From positions 10,921 to 74,920 of the forward strand of contig CAYPAX010000002.1 of the NCBI GenBank assembly GCA_964408735.1: a stretch of DNA of 64,000 nt, given 5' to 3'. Both the position numbers and the translations under genes were made by a program. Of this stretch, positions 1-9,500 are shown in pieces; within the stretch, counting starts at the first letter, position 1; each line of letters starts with the position of its first letter. The notes beneath the pieces were generated by a model. The model was not told the origin of the DNA and did no database searches. It saw nothing but the letters and a program-made list of their open reading frames with translations. Source of the DNA: an uncultured Rhodospirillaceae bacterium (GTDB taxonomy: Bacteria; Pseudomonadota; Alphaproteobacteria; UBA7887).

Positions 1-1291
1 GTCGGCCTACGCCGCTTTCGACAACGACGACGCCGTCGATTCGAGCGCCGTGGGTGGCCTCCTGAAGTCGCTCGAGAAGGACATCGTGCGTGGCGCCGTG
101 CTCAAGACCGGCAACCGTATCGATGGCCGCGACACCAAGACGGTGCGCCCCATCACTGCCGAGGTCGGCGTGCTGCCGCTGGCCCATGGCTCGGCCCTGT
201 TCACCCGTGGCGAGACCCAGGCGCTGGTGGTGACCACGCTTGGCACCGGCCAGGACGAGCAGATCATCGATGCGCTCGACGGCGAATATCGCGAGCATTT
301 CATGCTGCACTACAATTTCCCGCCCTATTCGGTGGGCGAGGCAAGCTTCCTGCGCTCGCCGGGGCGGCGTGAAATCGGCCACGGCAAGCTGGCCTGGCGT
401 GCCATTCATCCGGTCATGCCGGCCAAGGACGACTTCCCCTATACGGTGCGTGTGGTCTCCGAGATCACCGAATCCAATGGCTCGTCGTCGATGGCCAGCG
501 TCTGCGGCACCTCGTTGTCGCTGATGGATGCGGGCGTGCCGCTGGGCCGCCCGACCGCCGGCATTGCCATGGGTCTGATCAAGGAAGGCGACGACTACGT
601 CGTGCTGTCGGACATCCTTGGCGACGAGGATCACCTTGGCGACATGGACTTCAAGGTCGCCGGCACCGACCAGGGCATCACCTCCCTGCAGATGGACATC
701 AAGATCACCGGCATCACGGCCGAGATCATGGAGGTCGCACTCGGTCAGGCCCGCGATGGCCGCCTGCACATCCTTGGCGAGATGTCCCGCGCGCTGGAGG
801 CTTCGCGTGAGGAGGTCAGTGGCAATGCCCCCCGCATCACCACCATCAACATCCCCAAGGACAAGATCCGCGAAGTCATCGGCACCGGCGGCAAGGTGAT
901 CCGCGAAATCACCGAGACCACCGGCACCAAGATCGACATCGAGGACGACGGCACCATCAAGGTGGCAGCGGTATCCTCCGAGGCCAGCGAGGAGGCCTTG
1001 AAATGGATCCGCGACATCGTCGCCGAGCCCGAGATCGGCGAGATCTACGACGGCAAGGTGGTCAAGGTCGTTGATTTCGGCGCCTTCGTGAACTTCATCG
1101 GTACCCGCGACGGCCTGGTGCATATCAGCGAGCTGGCACCGCATCGGGTCAAGTCGGTGACCGACGTAGTCAACGAGGGCGATACGGTGAAGGTCAAGGT
1201 GCTGGCGGTCGACGATCGCGGCAAGGTGCGGCTCAGCATCAAGGCCGTGAGCGAGGAAGCCGAGGGCGAAAGCGAAGAAGCGGCGAACTGA
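1..1291 (+). CDS. pnp: Polyribonucleotide nucleotidyltransferase (PNPase), C-terminal part with KH and S1 domains; 5' end lies outside the window
   Basis: The frame is open from nt 2 and the ORF track starts at 50. The translation shows RNase PH-like core motifs, then a KH region ([20 protein letters not shown]), then S1 ([15 protein letters not shown]...GLVHISE). Stop codon at 1289-1291. Confidence 0.9.
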   Translation, partial: SAYAAFDNDDAVDSSAVGGLLKSLEKDIVRGAVLKTGNRIDGRDTKTVRPITAEVGVLPLAHGSALFTRGETQALVVTTLGTGQDEQIIDALDGEYREHFMLHYNFPPYSVGEASFLRSPGRREIGHGKLAWRAIHPVMPAKDDFPYTVRVVSEITESNGSSSMASVCGTSLSLMDAGVPLGRPTAGIAMGLIKEGDDYVVLSDILGDEDHLGDMDFKVAGTDQGITSLQMDIKITGITAEIMEVALGQARDGRLHILGEMSRALEASREEVSGNAPRITTINIPKDKIREVIGTGGKVIREITETTGTKIDIEDDGTIKVAAVSSEASEEALKWIRDIVAEPEIGEIYDGKVVKVVDFGAFVNFIGTRDGLVHISELAPHRVKSVTDVVNEGDTVKVKVLAVDDRGKVRLSIKAVSEEAEGESEEAAN

Positions 1292-1294
1292 GGC

Positions 1295-1996
1295 TCAGCT
1301 CGCCACGGCTGTCGTGCGGGGTAGGTCGAGGGCATCGAGGATGCCGTCGACCACCACGCCGACCACCATGGCGATACGTTCCGGGGTGTACTCGTCCCAG
1401 CCGAGATTGCGCAGGATCACCGGCCGGTTGCGGTGAAAGATCAGGCACTCGCCGATCAGCGCATTGGTCAGGATGATGGTTTCGGCATCACCGGGGCTGC
1501 GCCGGCTGGTGGCGGCTACCAGGCTGCCGAAGCTTTGATTGAGCGGCTTGAAGATGCCTTCGTAGAGGGTGTCGAAGGCGGCGGTCGGGTGGTCGATTTC
1601 GCGCATGATCAGATGCCGGGTCCAATTCTGCGGACCCATGCCGAGCAGGCCGCCGAGGACGGCGCGCACGAAGGCGGCGGCGGCATGGGCAAGCGCTTCC
1701 CTGTCGTCGCCGGCGCCCGCAAGGCTGTCGCGTAGGCTTTCCTCGGCGCCGCCGACCAAGGTCTGGACGCTGGTTACAGTGTGTTCGATGGTGGCCCGGT
1801 AGAGCCCTTCCTTGCCGCCGAAGTAGTAGCCGATGGCGGAAAGATTGACGCCGGCAGCCTTGCTCAGTTCGCGCGTCGAAACGGCGTCGAGCCCGGAATC
1901 GGAGAACAGAATGCCACCGACGTGCAACAGGCGCTCGCGCGAGCTCGAGGGATCCTCGCAGAGGCTCTCGATCAGCTCCTGTGTCAGCTCGCCCAT
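1295..1996 (-). CDS. TetR/AcrR family transcriptional regulator
   Basis: 233 aa. N-terminal HTH reads LLHVGGILFSDSGLDAVSTRELSKAAGVNLSAIGYYFGGKEGLY, which is typical of TetR. It is divergent from the NMO-family gene. Confidence 0.8.
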   Translation of the reverse strand: MGELTQELIESLCEDPSSSRERLLHVGGILFSDSGLDAVSTRELSKAAGVNLSAIGYYFGGKEGLYRATIEHTVTSVQTLVGGAEESLRDSLAGAGDDREALAHAAAAFVRAVLGGLLGMGPQNWTRHLIMREIDHPTAAFDTLYEGIFKPLNQSFGSLVAATSRRSPGDAETIILTNALIGECLIFHRNRPVILRNLGWDEYTPERIAMVVGVVVDGILDALDLPRTTAVAS

Positions 1997-2036
1997 GGCT
2001 TTGCCGGTCCCGTCCGTGGCAGCGCATCATTCTAAC

Positions 2037-2050
2037 GGGGAATTTCCCGC
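2037..2050. promoter_or_regulatory. Short palindrome (cGGGGAAtTTCCCg) in the TetR/NMO divergent intergenic region; candidate TetR operator
   Basis: Seen directly in the sequence: GGGAA-T-TTCCC inverted repeat 41 bp upstream of the TetR start. No functional evidence. Confidence 0.2.
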
Positions 2051-2152
2051 GGGTCAGGGGCTGGTTTTTTCAAACCGATGCGCCATATACCCGCCTGACA
2101 GGATGGCGCCGCGCGGGCGCCTTCTCCACATTCGGCCGCGGTAAGGAATCCA

Positions 2153-3550
2153 TTGAAAGCGCTCAATCCCATTCTGCTCTCGGGCAAGGAAGTTCTGCCG
2201 CTTGTCGAGGGCGGAAAAGGTGTGGCCATCAGCAATGGCGCAAGCTCGGGTGCCTGGGCGGCCGCCGGCGGCGTCGGCACCTTTTCCGGCGTCAATGCGG
2301 ACAGCACCGACGAGGACGGCAATCTCATCCCGGTGGTATTTCATGGCCGTACCCGCAAGGCCCGCCACGAGGAACTGGTGGCCAACGGCATTCGCGGCGG
2401 CATCGAACAGGCCCACACAGCACACGAGATCTCCAACGGCCATGGCCGCCTGCATGTCAACGTCTTGTGGGAGATGGGTGGCTCGGAGCGGGTGCTGGAA
2501 GGTATCCTCGAGGGCACCAAGGGCTTAGTCCACGGCGTTACCTGTGGCGCCGGCATGCCCTACCGCATTGCCGAGATCGCCGCGCGGCACGGCATCTACT
2601 ACTATCCCATCATCTCCTCCGCGCGTGCCTTCCGGGCCTTGTGGAAGCGTGCCTATCACAAATACGGCGAAGGCCTCGGCGGCGTGGTCTACGAGGACCC
2701 CTGGCTGGCTGGCGGCCATAACGGGCTGTCGAACAGCGAAGATCCGCTCGCGCCCCAGGACCCCTATCCGCGGGTCCGCGCCTTGCGCGAGATCATGCGC
2801 GATTTCGGTCTCGACAGCACGCCCATCTTCATGGCCGGCGGGGTCTGGTATCTGCGTGATTGGGAAGACTGGATCGACAATCCGGAGCTCGGTCCGATCG
2901 CCTTCCAGTTCGGCTCCAGGCCGCTGCTGACCGTCGAGAGCCCCATCTCGCTGCAGTGGAAGGAGCACCTGCGCAGCCTCGAGCCGGGCTCCGTGACCCT
3001 CAATCACTTCAGTCCGACGGGCTTTTGGTCGTCAGCCGTCAGCAATGACTTCCTGCACGAATTGGCGAAGCGCTCCGAGCGCCAGGTCGCCTACACCACC
3101 GAGCCCCTCGGCGAGCACAATACCGAATTCGCCATCGGGCCGCGCAAGCGGGCGCTCTATCTGACCGAGCCCGATAGCCTCAATGCCAAGGCCTGGGTGG
3201 CCGAGGGCTTCAGCGAAGCCTTGCGCACCCCAGACAGCACCTTGATTTTCACCACGCCCGAGAAGGCTGCCGAGATTCGCACCGATCAGGTGGATTGCAT
3301 GGGTTGTCTCAGCGCCTGCAATTTCAGCAACTGGTCGCAGAACGGCCGCAACTCGACCGGCCGCAAAGCCGATCCCCGCAGCTTTTGCATCCAGAAGTCG
3401 CTGCAGTCGATCGCTCATGGCGGCGATGTCGAGAACGAACTGATGTTCGCCGGCCATGGCGCCTATCGTTTCGCGGTCGATCCCTTCTATTCCAACGGTT
3501 TCACGCCGACGGTCGGGGAACTGGTCGAGCGCATTGTCACGGGCGATTGA
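2153..3550 (+). CDS. Nitronate monooxygenase (NMO, 2-nitropropane dioxygenase-like) family flavin oxidoreductase
   Basis: 465 aa. Contains GGKGVAISNG near the N-terminus and TIM-barrel NMO-like motifs (GVTCGAGMPYRIAEIA, IFMAGGV). The start is probably TTG at 2153, preceded by AAGGAA. Confidence 0.65.
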   Translation: MKALNPILLSGKEVLPLVEGGKGVAISNGASSGAWAAAGGVGTFSGVNADSTDEDGNLIPVVFHGRTRKARHEELVANGIRGGIEQAHTAHEISNGHGRLHVNVLWEMGGSERVLEGILEGTKGLVHGVTCGAGMPYRIAEIAARHGIYYYPIISSARAFRALWKRAYHKYGEGLGGVVYEDPWLAGGHNGLSNSEDPLAPQDPYPRVRALREIMRDFGLDSTPIFMAGGVWYLRDWEDWIDNPELGPIAFQFGSRPLLTVESPISLQWKEHLRSLEPGSVTLNHFSPTGFWSSAVSNDFLHELAKRSERQVAYTTEPLGEHNTEFAIGPRKRALYLTEPDSLNAKAWVAEGFSEALRTPDSTLIFTTPEKAAEIRTDQVDCMGCLSACNFSNWSQNGRNSTGRKADPRSFCIQKSLQSIAHGGDVENELMFAGHGAYRFAVDPFYSNGFTPTVGELVERIVTGD

Positions 3551-3628
3551 CGGCGACGATTGAAGTTTTCCCCCTGGCGGCCTACTTTGAAAGAAAGCGG
3601 CCCCAAGCAACGAGCGCGGAAGGCACCG

Positions 3629-4069
3629 ATGATGGATATGGCTCACGCAGCGACCCTTTTGCGGTCGGTAGGATTGCGCCCGACGCGGCAGCGCCAGGCC
3701 TTGACGCAGCTGATGCTTGCCAGTGGGCACCGGCATTTCAATGCCGAGCAGCTGCATGACGATGCGCGCCGAGCTGGCGTCGGTGTGTCCCTTGCCACCA
3801 TCTACAACACGCTGCATCAGTTCACGGATGCCGGCCTGCTGCGCGAGTTGGTCGTCGACTCGGGGCGCTCCTACTTCGATACCAATACCAGCGAACATCA
3901 CCATTTCTATGACGAGGATGACGGCTCGCTGAGCGACATTCCGGCCGAAGCGGTGGTCGTCAATGCCATTCCCGCCGCCGGTCAAGGCCGGGAAATCAGT
4001 CGCGTCGATGTAGTGGTGCGGGTGCGCTCGTGCGGGCCTGCGGCAGCTGCCGATACCAGCAAAGATTAG
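3629..4069 (+). CDS. Fur family transcriptional regulator, PerR/Irr-like
   Basis: The Fur-family helix reads RPTRQRQALTQLMLASGHRHFNAEQLHDDARRAGVGVSLATIYNTLHQFTDAGLL, followed by an HHHFY metal-site region. The start was moved to the ATG at 3629 (GGAAGG RBS); the track ORF begins at 3560. The gene sits directly upstream of rubrerythrin. Confidence 0.75.
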   Translation: MMDMAHAATLLRSVGLRPTRQRQALTQLMLASGHRHFNAEQLHDDARRAGVGVSLATIYNTLHQFTDAGLLRELVVDSGRSYFDTNTSEHHHFYDEDDGSLSDIPAEAVVVNAIPAAGQGREISRVDVVVRVRSCGPAAAADTSKD

Positions 4070-4080
4070 AATAGTTCTAA
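4066..4080. promoter_or_regulatory. Per/Fur-box-like 7-1-7 inverted repeat TTAGAAT-A-GTTCTAA
   Basis: Seen in the sequence. The arms TTAGAA/TTCTAA are perfect and resemble the PerR box TTATAAT-N-ATTATAA. It overlaps the Fur-family stop codon and lies immediately 5' of a TTGACA -35 for rubrerythrin. Confidence 0.35.
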
Positions 4081-4084
4081 TTGG

Positions 4085-4113
4085 TTGACACGATAGGCGG
4101 TGCGGCGCATAAC
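4085..4113 (+). promoter_or_regulatory. Candidate sigma70-type promoter for rubrerythrin (TTGACA - 17 nt - CATAAC)
   Basis: Seen in the sequence: -35 TTGACA at 4085-4090 and a -10-like CATAAC at 4108-4113, 62 nt upstream of the rubrerythrin ATG. Confidence 0.3.
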
Positions 4114-4174
4114 CCTGCCGCCGGTGTGGCAAGGTTTTGCACCGGTGCATCATCCATCTGCCGAGGAGGACACA

Positions 4175-4591
4175 ATGTCGCTTGCCGGGACCAAGACCGA
4201 AGACAATCTGAAAGCCGCGTTTGCCGGCGAATCCCAGGCCAATCGCCGCTATCTCTATTTCGCCCAGAAGGCCGACGTCGAAGGCTATAACGATGTCGCC
4301 ACCGTGTTCCGTTCGACCGCCGAGGGTGAGACGGGCCACGCGCTTGGCCATCTCGAATTCCTTGCCGAGACCGGCGATCCGGCCACCGGCAAGCCGATCG
4401 GCAGCACCGCCAACAACCTCGAGGCGGCAGTGGCCGGCGAGACCCACGAATACACGGATATGTATCCGGGCATGTCCAGCACCGCGCGTGAGGAAGGCTT
4501 CGACGAGATCGCCGACTGGTTCGATACCCTGGCCAAGGCCGAGAAGTCCCACGCCGGGCGTTTCCAGCGCGCGCTCGACACCCTCGACTGA
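4175..4591 (+). CDS. Rubrerythrin family protein (ferritin-like diiron domain; no C-terminal rubredoxin domain)
   Basis: Shows [37 protein letters not shown] and ExxH repeats (AVAGETHEY). The start was moved to the ATG at 4175 with a GAGGAGGA RBS; the track ORF starts at 4100. Confidence 0.85.
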   Translation: MSLAGTKTEDNLKAAFAGESQANRRYLYFAQKADVEGYNDVATVFRSTAEGETGHALGHLEFLAETGDPATGKPIGSTANNLEAAVAGETHEYTDMYPGMSSTAREEGFDEIADWFDTLAKAEKSHAGRFQRALDTLD

Positions 4592-4614
4592 GCCTAGGAG
4601 CAGACCCGGCAATC

Positions 4615-5952
4615 ATGGAAGGCGGCCTGAAGGCGCCCGTGCGCCATCCGATCGACTACGCTGATCCCGCCTTCCACGATCCGCAAGCGATCGACGCGGA
4701 GCTGCGTCGCGTCTTCGACATCTGCCATGGCTGCCGGCGCTGCTTCAACCTCTGCGACAGCTTCCCCAGGCTGTTCGACCTCGTTGACAAGTCGGACACG
4801 GGCGAGCTCGACAGCGTGGACTCGGCGGACTTCAAGCCGGTCATCGATGCCTGCACGCTCTGCGACATGTGCTTCATGGTGACCTGCCCCTACGTGCCGC
4901 CGCACGAGTTCAACCTGGACTTTCCCCATCTCGTCCTGCGAGCCCGCTCGGCCGATCTCGCGGCGGGCAAGCTCGGCTGGGCGGACAAGGCGCTTGCCAA
5001 GACCGACCGCAACGGCAAGCTCGCCCGCCCCGTGGCACCCGTCGCCAACTGGGCCAGCGATCGCCGCAACCGCCTGACCCGACCCGTCATGCAGGCCGTC
5101 GCCGGTATCCATCAGGATGCCTCCTTGCCGCGCTATCAAAGCAAGACCTTCACCATGCGTGCCAAGCAGGCGCCGACCGTTAATACGGATGCGCCGGCCG
5201 CGGGCCGCAGGGTGGCGATCTTCGCGACCTGCTTCGTAAACTACAACAGCCCCGAGATCGGCGAGGCCGCGCGCGCCGTCCTCGCCCATAACGGCGTCGA
5301 GACCGAGGTCGCCTATCCCGGCTGCTGCGGCATGCCGCAGCTCGAGCAGGGCGATTTCGCCGCCGTCGCGGAGAAGGCCAGGAAGACCGCAGCCGTGCTC
5401 TGCGACTGGATCGATAAGGGCCACGACATCGTTGCCCCGGTGCCGAGCTGCGCGCTGATGCTCAAGTTCGAGTGGCCCCTGATTTTGCCTGACGACCCGG
5501 CAATAAAGCGCGTCGCCGCGCACACCGCCGATATCACCGAATATGTCGCCGATATTGCCGAGAAAGAGGGCCTGGCCGATGGCCTCAAGCCTCTCGACGG
5601 CGGCATCGCGGTGCATCTCGCCTGCCACGCCCGGGCGCAGAACATGGGGCCCAAGGCGGTGGAGATGCTCAAGCTCATCCCCGAGGCCGACCTCGAGGTC
5701 ATCGAGCGCTGCTCGGGCCATGGCGGCGCCTGGGGCGTGAAGAAGGACTTCTTCGAGGTGGCGCTCAAGGTGGGCAAGCCGGCGGCGCGCAAGGCGGCCA
5801 AGTCGGCCAAGGCCCATCTGGTGTCCGAATGTCCTTTGGCCGGTGAGCATCTGCGCCAGGGCATCGAGGCGATGGGTGACGGGGCCCTGGCCGAAAACCC
5901 GGCCCGCCACCCCATAGAGCTGTTCGCCCGCGCCTACGGTCTGGTGTCATGA
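4615..5952 (+). CDS. CCG-domain (Fe-S)-binding oxidoreductase, GlpC/HdrD/LutA-like
   Basis: 445 aa. Ferredoxin-type CxxCxxCxxxCP motifs (CHGCRRCFNLCDSFP; CTLCDMCFMVTCP) and two cysteine-rich CCG-like regions (CCGMP..., PSCALM, CSGHGGAWG). Confidence 0.75.
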   Translation: MEGGLKAPVRHPIDYADPAFHDPQAIDAELRRVFDICHGCRRCFNLCDSFPRLFDLVDKSDTGELDSVDSADFKPVIDACTLCDMCFMVTCPYVPPHEFNLDFPHLVLRARSADLAAGKLGWADKALAKTDRNGKLARPVAPVANWASDRRNRLTRPVMQAVAGIHQDASLPRYQSKTFTMRAKQAPTVNTDAPAAGRRVAIFATCFVNYNSPEIGEAARAVLAHNGVETEVAYPGCCGMPQLEQGDFAAVAEKARKTAAVLCDWIDKGHDIVAPVPSCALMLKFEWPLILPDDPAIKRVAAHTADITEYVADIAEKEGLADGLKPLDGGIAVHLACHARAQNMGPKAVEMLKLIPEADLEVIERCSGHGGAWGVKKDFFEVALKVGKPAARKAAKSAKAHLVSECPLAGEHLRQGIEAMGDGALAENPARHPIELFARAYGLVS

Positions 5953-6536
5953 GCAAGCGCACGATCACCCGCGCCGACATTTTGGCAATGGACGTCTATG
6001 CCGCCGAGCGCAAAGAGCGCCGCGCGAAGACCTCGATCCTCAAGGAGCAGCGCCGCCTCGCCGTCGGACCCTTCGCCACCTTTCATTTCGAATGCTATGA
6101 GACCATGTGGATGCAGATCCACGAGATGCTCTATATCGAGAAGGGCGGCGAGGCGCAGATCGCCGACGAGCTGGCGGCCTACAACCCGCTGATCCCCGAC
6201 GGCCGCGAGCTGGTGGCGACCCTGATGTTCGGCATCCCCGAGGCAGAGCGCCGCGCCCGTATTCTGGCTACCCTCGGCGGCGTCGAAGACCGCATCGCCA
6301 TCGAGATAGACGGCGATCCGGTCGCGGCGTTGCCCGAAGGCGATGTCGAGCGCTCGCGAGAGGACGGCAAGACCTCCGCCGTGCACTTCCTGCATTTCCC
6401 CTTCACGGAAGCCCAGATCGCCGCCTTTCGCGATCCGGAGAGCCGCATCACGCTGTCGGTATCCCACCCCAATTACGGCCACATCGCCGTCTTCCCCCCT
6501 GCCTTGCACGAGGCGCTCGCCGCCGACTTCGATTGA
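5949..6536 (+). CDS. DUF3501 family protein
   Basis: 195 aa with a 4-bp overlap onto the upstream Fe-S gene. The DUF3501 call is from memory of the family's length and genomic context (commonly next to rubrerythrin plus a CCG Fe-S protein), not from an alignment. Confidence 0.55.
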   Translation: MSKRTITRADILAMDVYAAERKERRAKTSILKEQRRLAVGPFATFHFECYETMWMQIHEMLYIEKGGEAQIADELAAYNPLIPDGRELVATLMFGIPEAERRARILATLGGVEDRIAIEIDGDPVAALPEGDVERSREDGKTSAVHFLHFPFTEAQIAAFRDPESRITLSVSHPNYGHIAVFPPALHEALAADFD

Positions 6537-6575
6537 ACAGCTTCCTGAGCACGGCTAGCATGCATCCCCTAGGGG

Positions 6576-9500
6576 GTGCGCGCGGTGGCTGAGGACCAGA
6601 GCACGAGACGCTTGGCGGCGATACTGGCGGCGGATGTCGTCGGCTATACCCGCCTCATGCGCGATGACGAGCAGGCCACCATCGCCGCGCTCGAAGCCTG
6701 CCGCGCCATCTTCGCCGACGCCATCGCCACCCATGGCGGGCGTGTGGTGGACATGGCGGGCGATTCCGTGCTCGCTGTCTTCGAGACCGCCGGCGGCGCC
6801 GTCGAGGGCGCCCTTGCCATCCAGCAGCGGCTGGCGGCCCGCGAGGAGCCCGAAGGGCGCCGCATGCGCTACCGCATCGGCGTCAACTCCGGCGATATCG
6901 TCGAGAAGGCCGACGGCACCGTCTATGGCGACGGCGTCAACGTTGCCGCCCGCCTCGAAGGCCTGGCCGAGCCGGGCGCGGTCTGCGTCTCCGGCTCGGT
7001 CTACGATTCGGTCGAAGCCCATTTGGACGCCAGATTCGCCTATCTCGGCAAGCAGACGGTCAAGAACGTCGACAAGCCCGTGCGCGCCTACCGGGTCTTG
7101 GAGCCTGGTGCCGAAGCGCCCAAGGCGCCGCGCAGGCGCTATGCGATTATCGCCGCCGCGGCGGTGGTCCTCATCGCCGCCGGCCTCGGCGTGCGCTGGC
7201 TGACCTACGTGCCGCCATACTCGGACATGGTCACTGTCACCGGCGAATTTACCAACGACCCGGTGCTGGCAGCACCCACGGGCCCGGCCATCGCCGTGCT
7301 GCCGTTCGACGATCTCTCCGAGGACACCGGCCAGGGCTTCTTCGCCGACGGCCTCACCGAGGACATCATCACCGGGCTGTCGCGCTTCAGCAATCTGCGC
7401 GTCATCGCCCGCCACTCGACCTTCCAATACAAGGGCCAGGCAGTCGATGTGCGTGAGGTCGGCGAGGCGCTCGGCGTGCGCTACGTGCTCGAAGGCAGCG
7501 TGCGGCGGGCGGGCGAGTCCCTGCGCGTGACCGCCCAGCTTCTCGATGCCCGCGACGGCACGCACCTGTGGGCGGAGAACTACGCCCGCGATCTGAGCAC
7601 CGCCGACATCTTCGCCATCCAGGACAGCATCATGGAGCGCATCGTCGGCACGCTCGGCAGCAGCGTCGGCGTCATCAGCCGTGCCCTACTGGAGGAGAGC
7701 GCGGCCCGCTACACCGACAATCTTGCCGCCTATGACTGCGTGCTGCGCGCCTATGCCTATTACGACCTGGCGACCGCGGACGAGCACCTGGCGGTGCGCA
7801 CCTGCCTGGAAGAGGCGGTGGCGCAGGACCCCTCCTATGCCGAGGCTTGGGGCTGGCTCGCCGGCATGTATCAGGACGAATACAAGTTCGCCTTCAACCC
7901 ACGCGCGGAAGCGGACGATCCGCTGGCGAGAGCCATCGCGGCGTCGCGGAACGCCATCAACGCCGATGCGACCAGCCAGGTCGGTTACGAGACCCTGGCC
8001 GGCGGGCATTATTTTTCGGGCGATATCGAACAATTCCGCGCCGCCGCCGAGCGCGCTCTGTCGCTCAACCCCAACAACTCCAATACCCTCGCCTGGATGG
8101 GCTTTCTCACGGCCTATTCCGGCGCCTGGAACAGAGGCATCGCCCTGCTCGACAAGGCGGTCAACCTCAATCCCAATCATCCCAGCTGGTATCACGTTGC
8201 CTACGCCCTGCATCACTATCACAAGGGCAATTACGAGGCGGCGCTGTTGGCGGCCAAGCGCTACAACCTGCCGGGTTTCTACTGGCACCACCTGAATCTG
8301 TCGATGATCTACGCGCAGCTCGGCCGGCTCGACGAGGCACGGGCTGCGGTTGCCGAGCTTACCAAGCTCTATCCCGGTTACGCCGACGTCGCCCGTGCCG
8401 ACCTGGAGAAATGGTTCAAGGACGAAGCGCTGGTCACGGCCATGCTGGAGGGCCTGGAGAAGGCCGGGCTGTTCGACGAGCCCGAAGTCACGCGTCCGGC
8501 CATTGCCGTGCTGCCCTTTGCGAACCTTGGCGGCGACCCGGCCCAGGCCTATTTCGCCGACGGCATCACGGAAGAGCTGACCGAGGCGCTGGCGCGCTTC
8601 CAGGGGCTGTCTGTCACGGCGCGCACCCCGACGCTGCAATACAAGGAGACGACAGCGGACGTGCGCGAGATCGGCCAGGCGCTGGGCGTCGGTTATGTGT
8701 TGGAGGGCAGCGTGCGCCGCGACGCCGACACGGTCGGCATAACGGCGCAGCTCATCGACACAGCCGACGGCGCACATCTGTGGAGCGAGACCTACGAGCG
8801 CGACCTCATTGTCGGCGGCATTTTCGCGGTGCAGGAGGATATTGCGGATCGGGTGACGGTGGCGCTTACCGGTCGCCACGGGGTCCTTGTGGAACGAGAC
8901 TTGGCAGAAGCCCGTCAGTTGGCCCCGGAGAGCCTCGAGCACTATGACTGTGTTCTGTTGGCATCGGTCTATTGGGAGCACGCGGAACAGAAAACCTATC
9001 CGGCATTGCTGGATTGTCTCGAGCACGCGGTGGAATCGAATCCAGACTACGTAGACGCATGGATAGCCTTATCGGAGTTCTATGCCAACGACTACGAGCT
9101 TTCGATTGGCGCAAGGCCGGATCCTGCCTCACTAGCACTCGCCGCAGCGGAAAGGGCGGTCGAACTCGCGCCGAGACGTCACGACGCCCATGGGGTGAAA
9201 TCGAACGCGCTTTTCTTTTTGCACCAGCTCGATGCCTTTGAGAAGGCAGGCGATGTCGCGGTTGAGCTTAATCCGAGTGATCCCGAAATCCTGGTCCTGA
9301 CCGGGCTCCATTTGGTCCTGGTGGGCAAATGGGAGAAGGGTATCACCTTGGTGCATCGGGCGATGGAGCTTCAGCCCGATCATCCGACTTGGTGGTATTT
9401 CCCGACGATTTGGGAGCATTACCACAATGGTCGTTACGAGGCCGCGCTTGCTGACGCCCTCAAGATCGATCTCGAGGATTACCTGTGGACCCACACCGCG

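Noticed and set aside
4594-5910. 438-aa minus-strand ORF
   Set aside because: It is antisense to the CCG-domain Fe-S oxidoreductase, whose ferredoxin-type Cys motifs are unambiguous on the plus strand.
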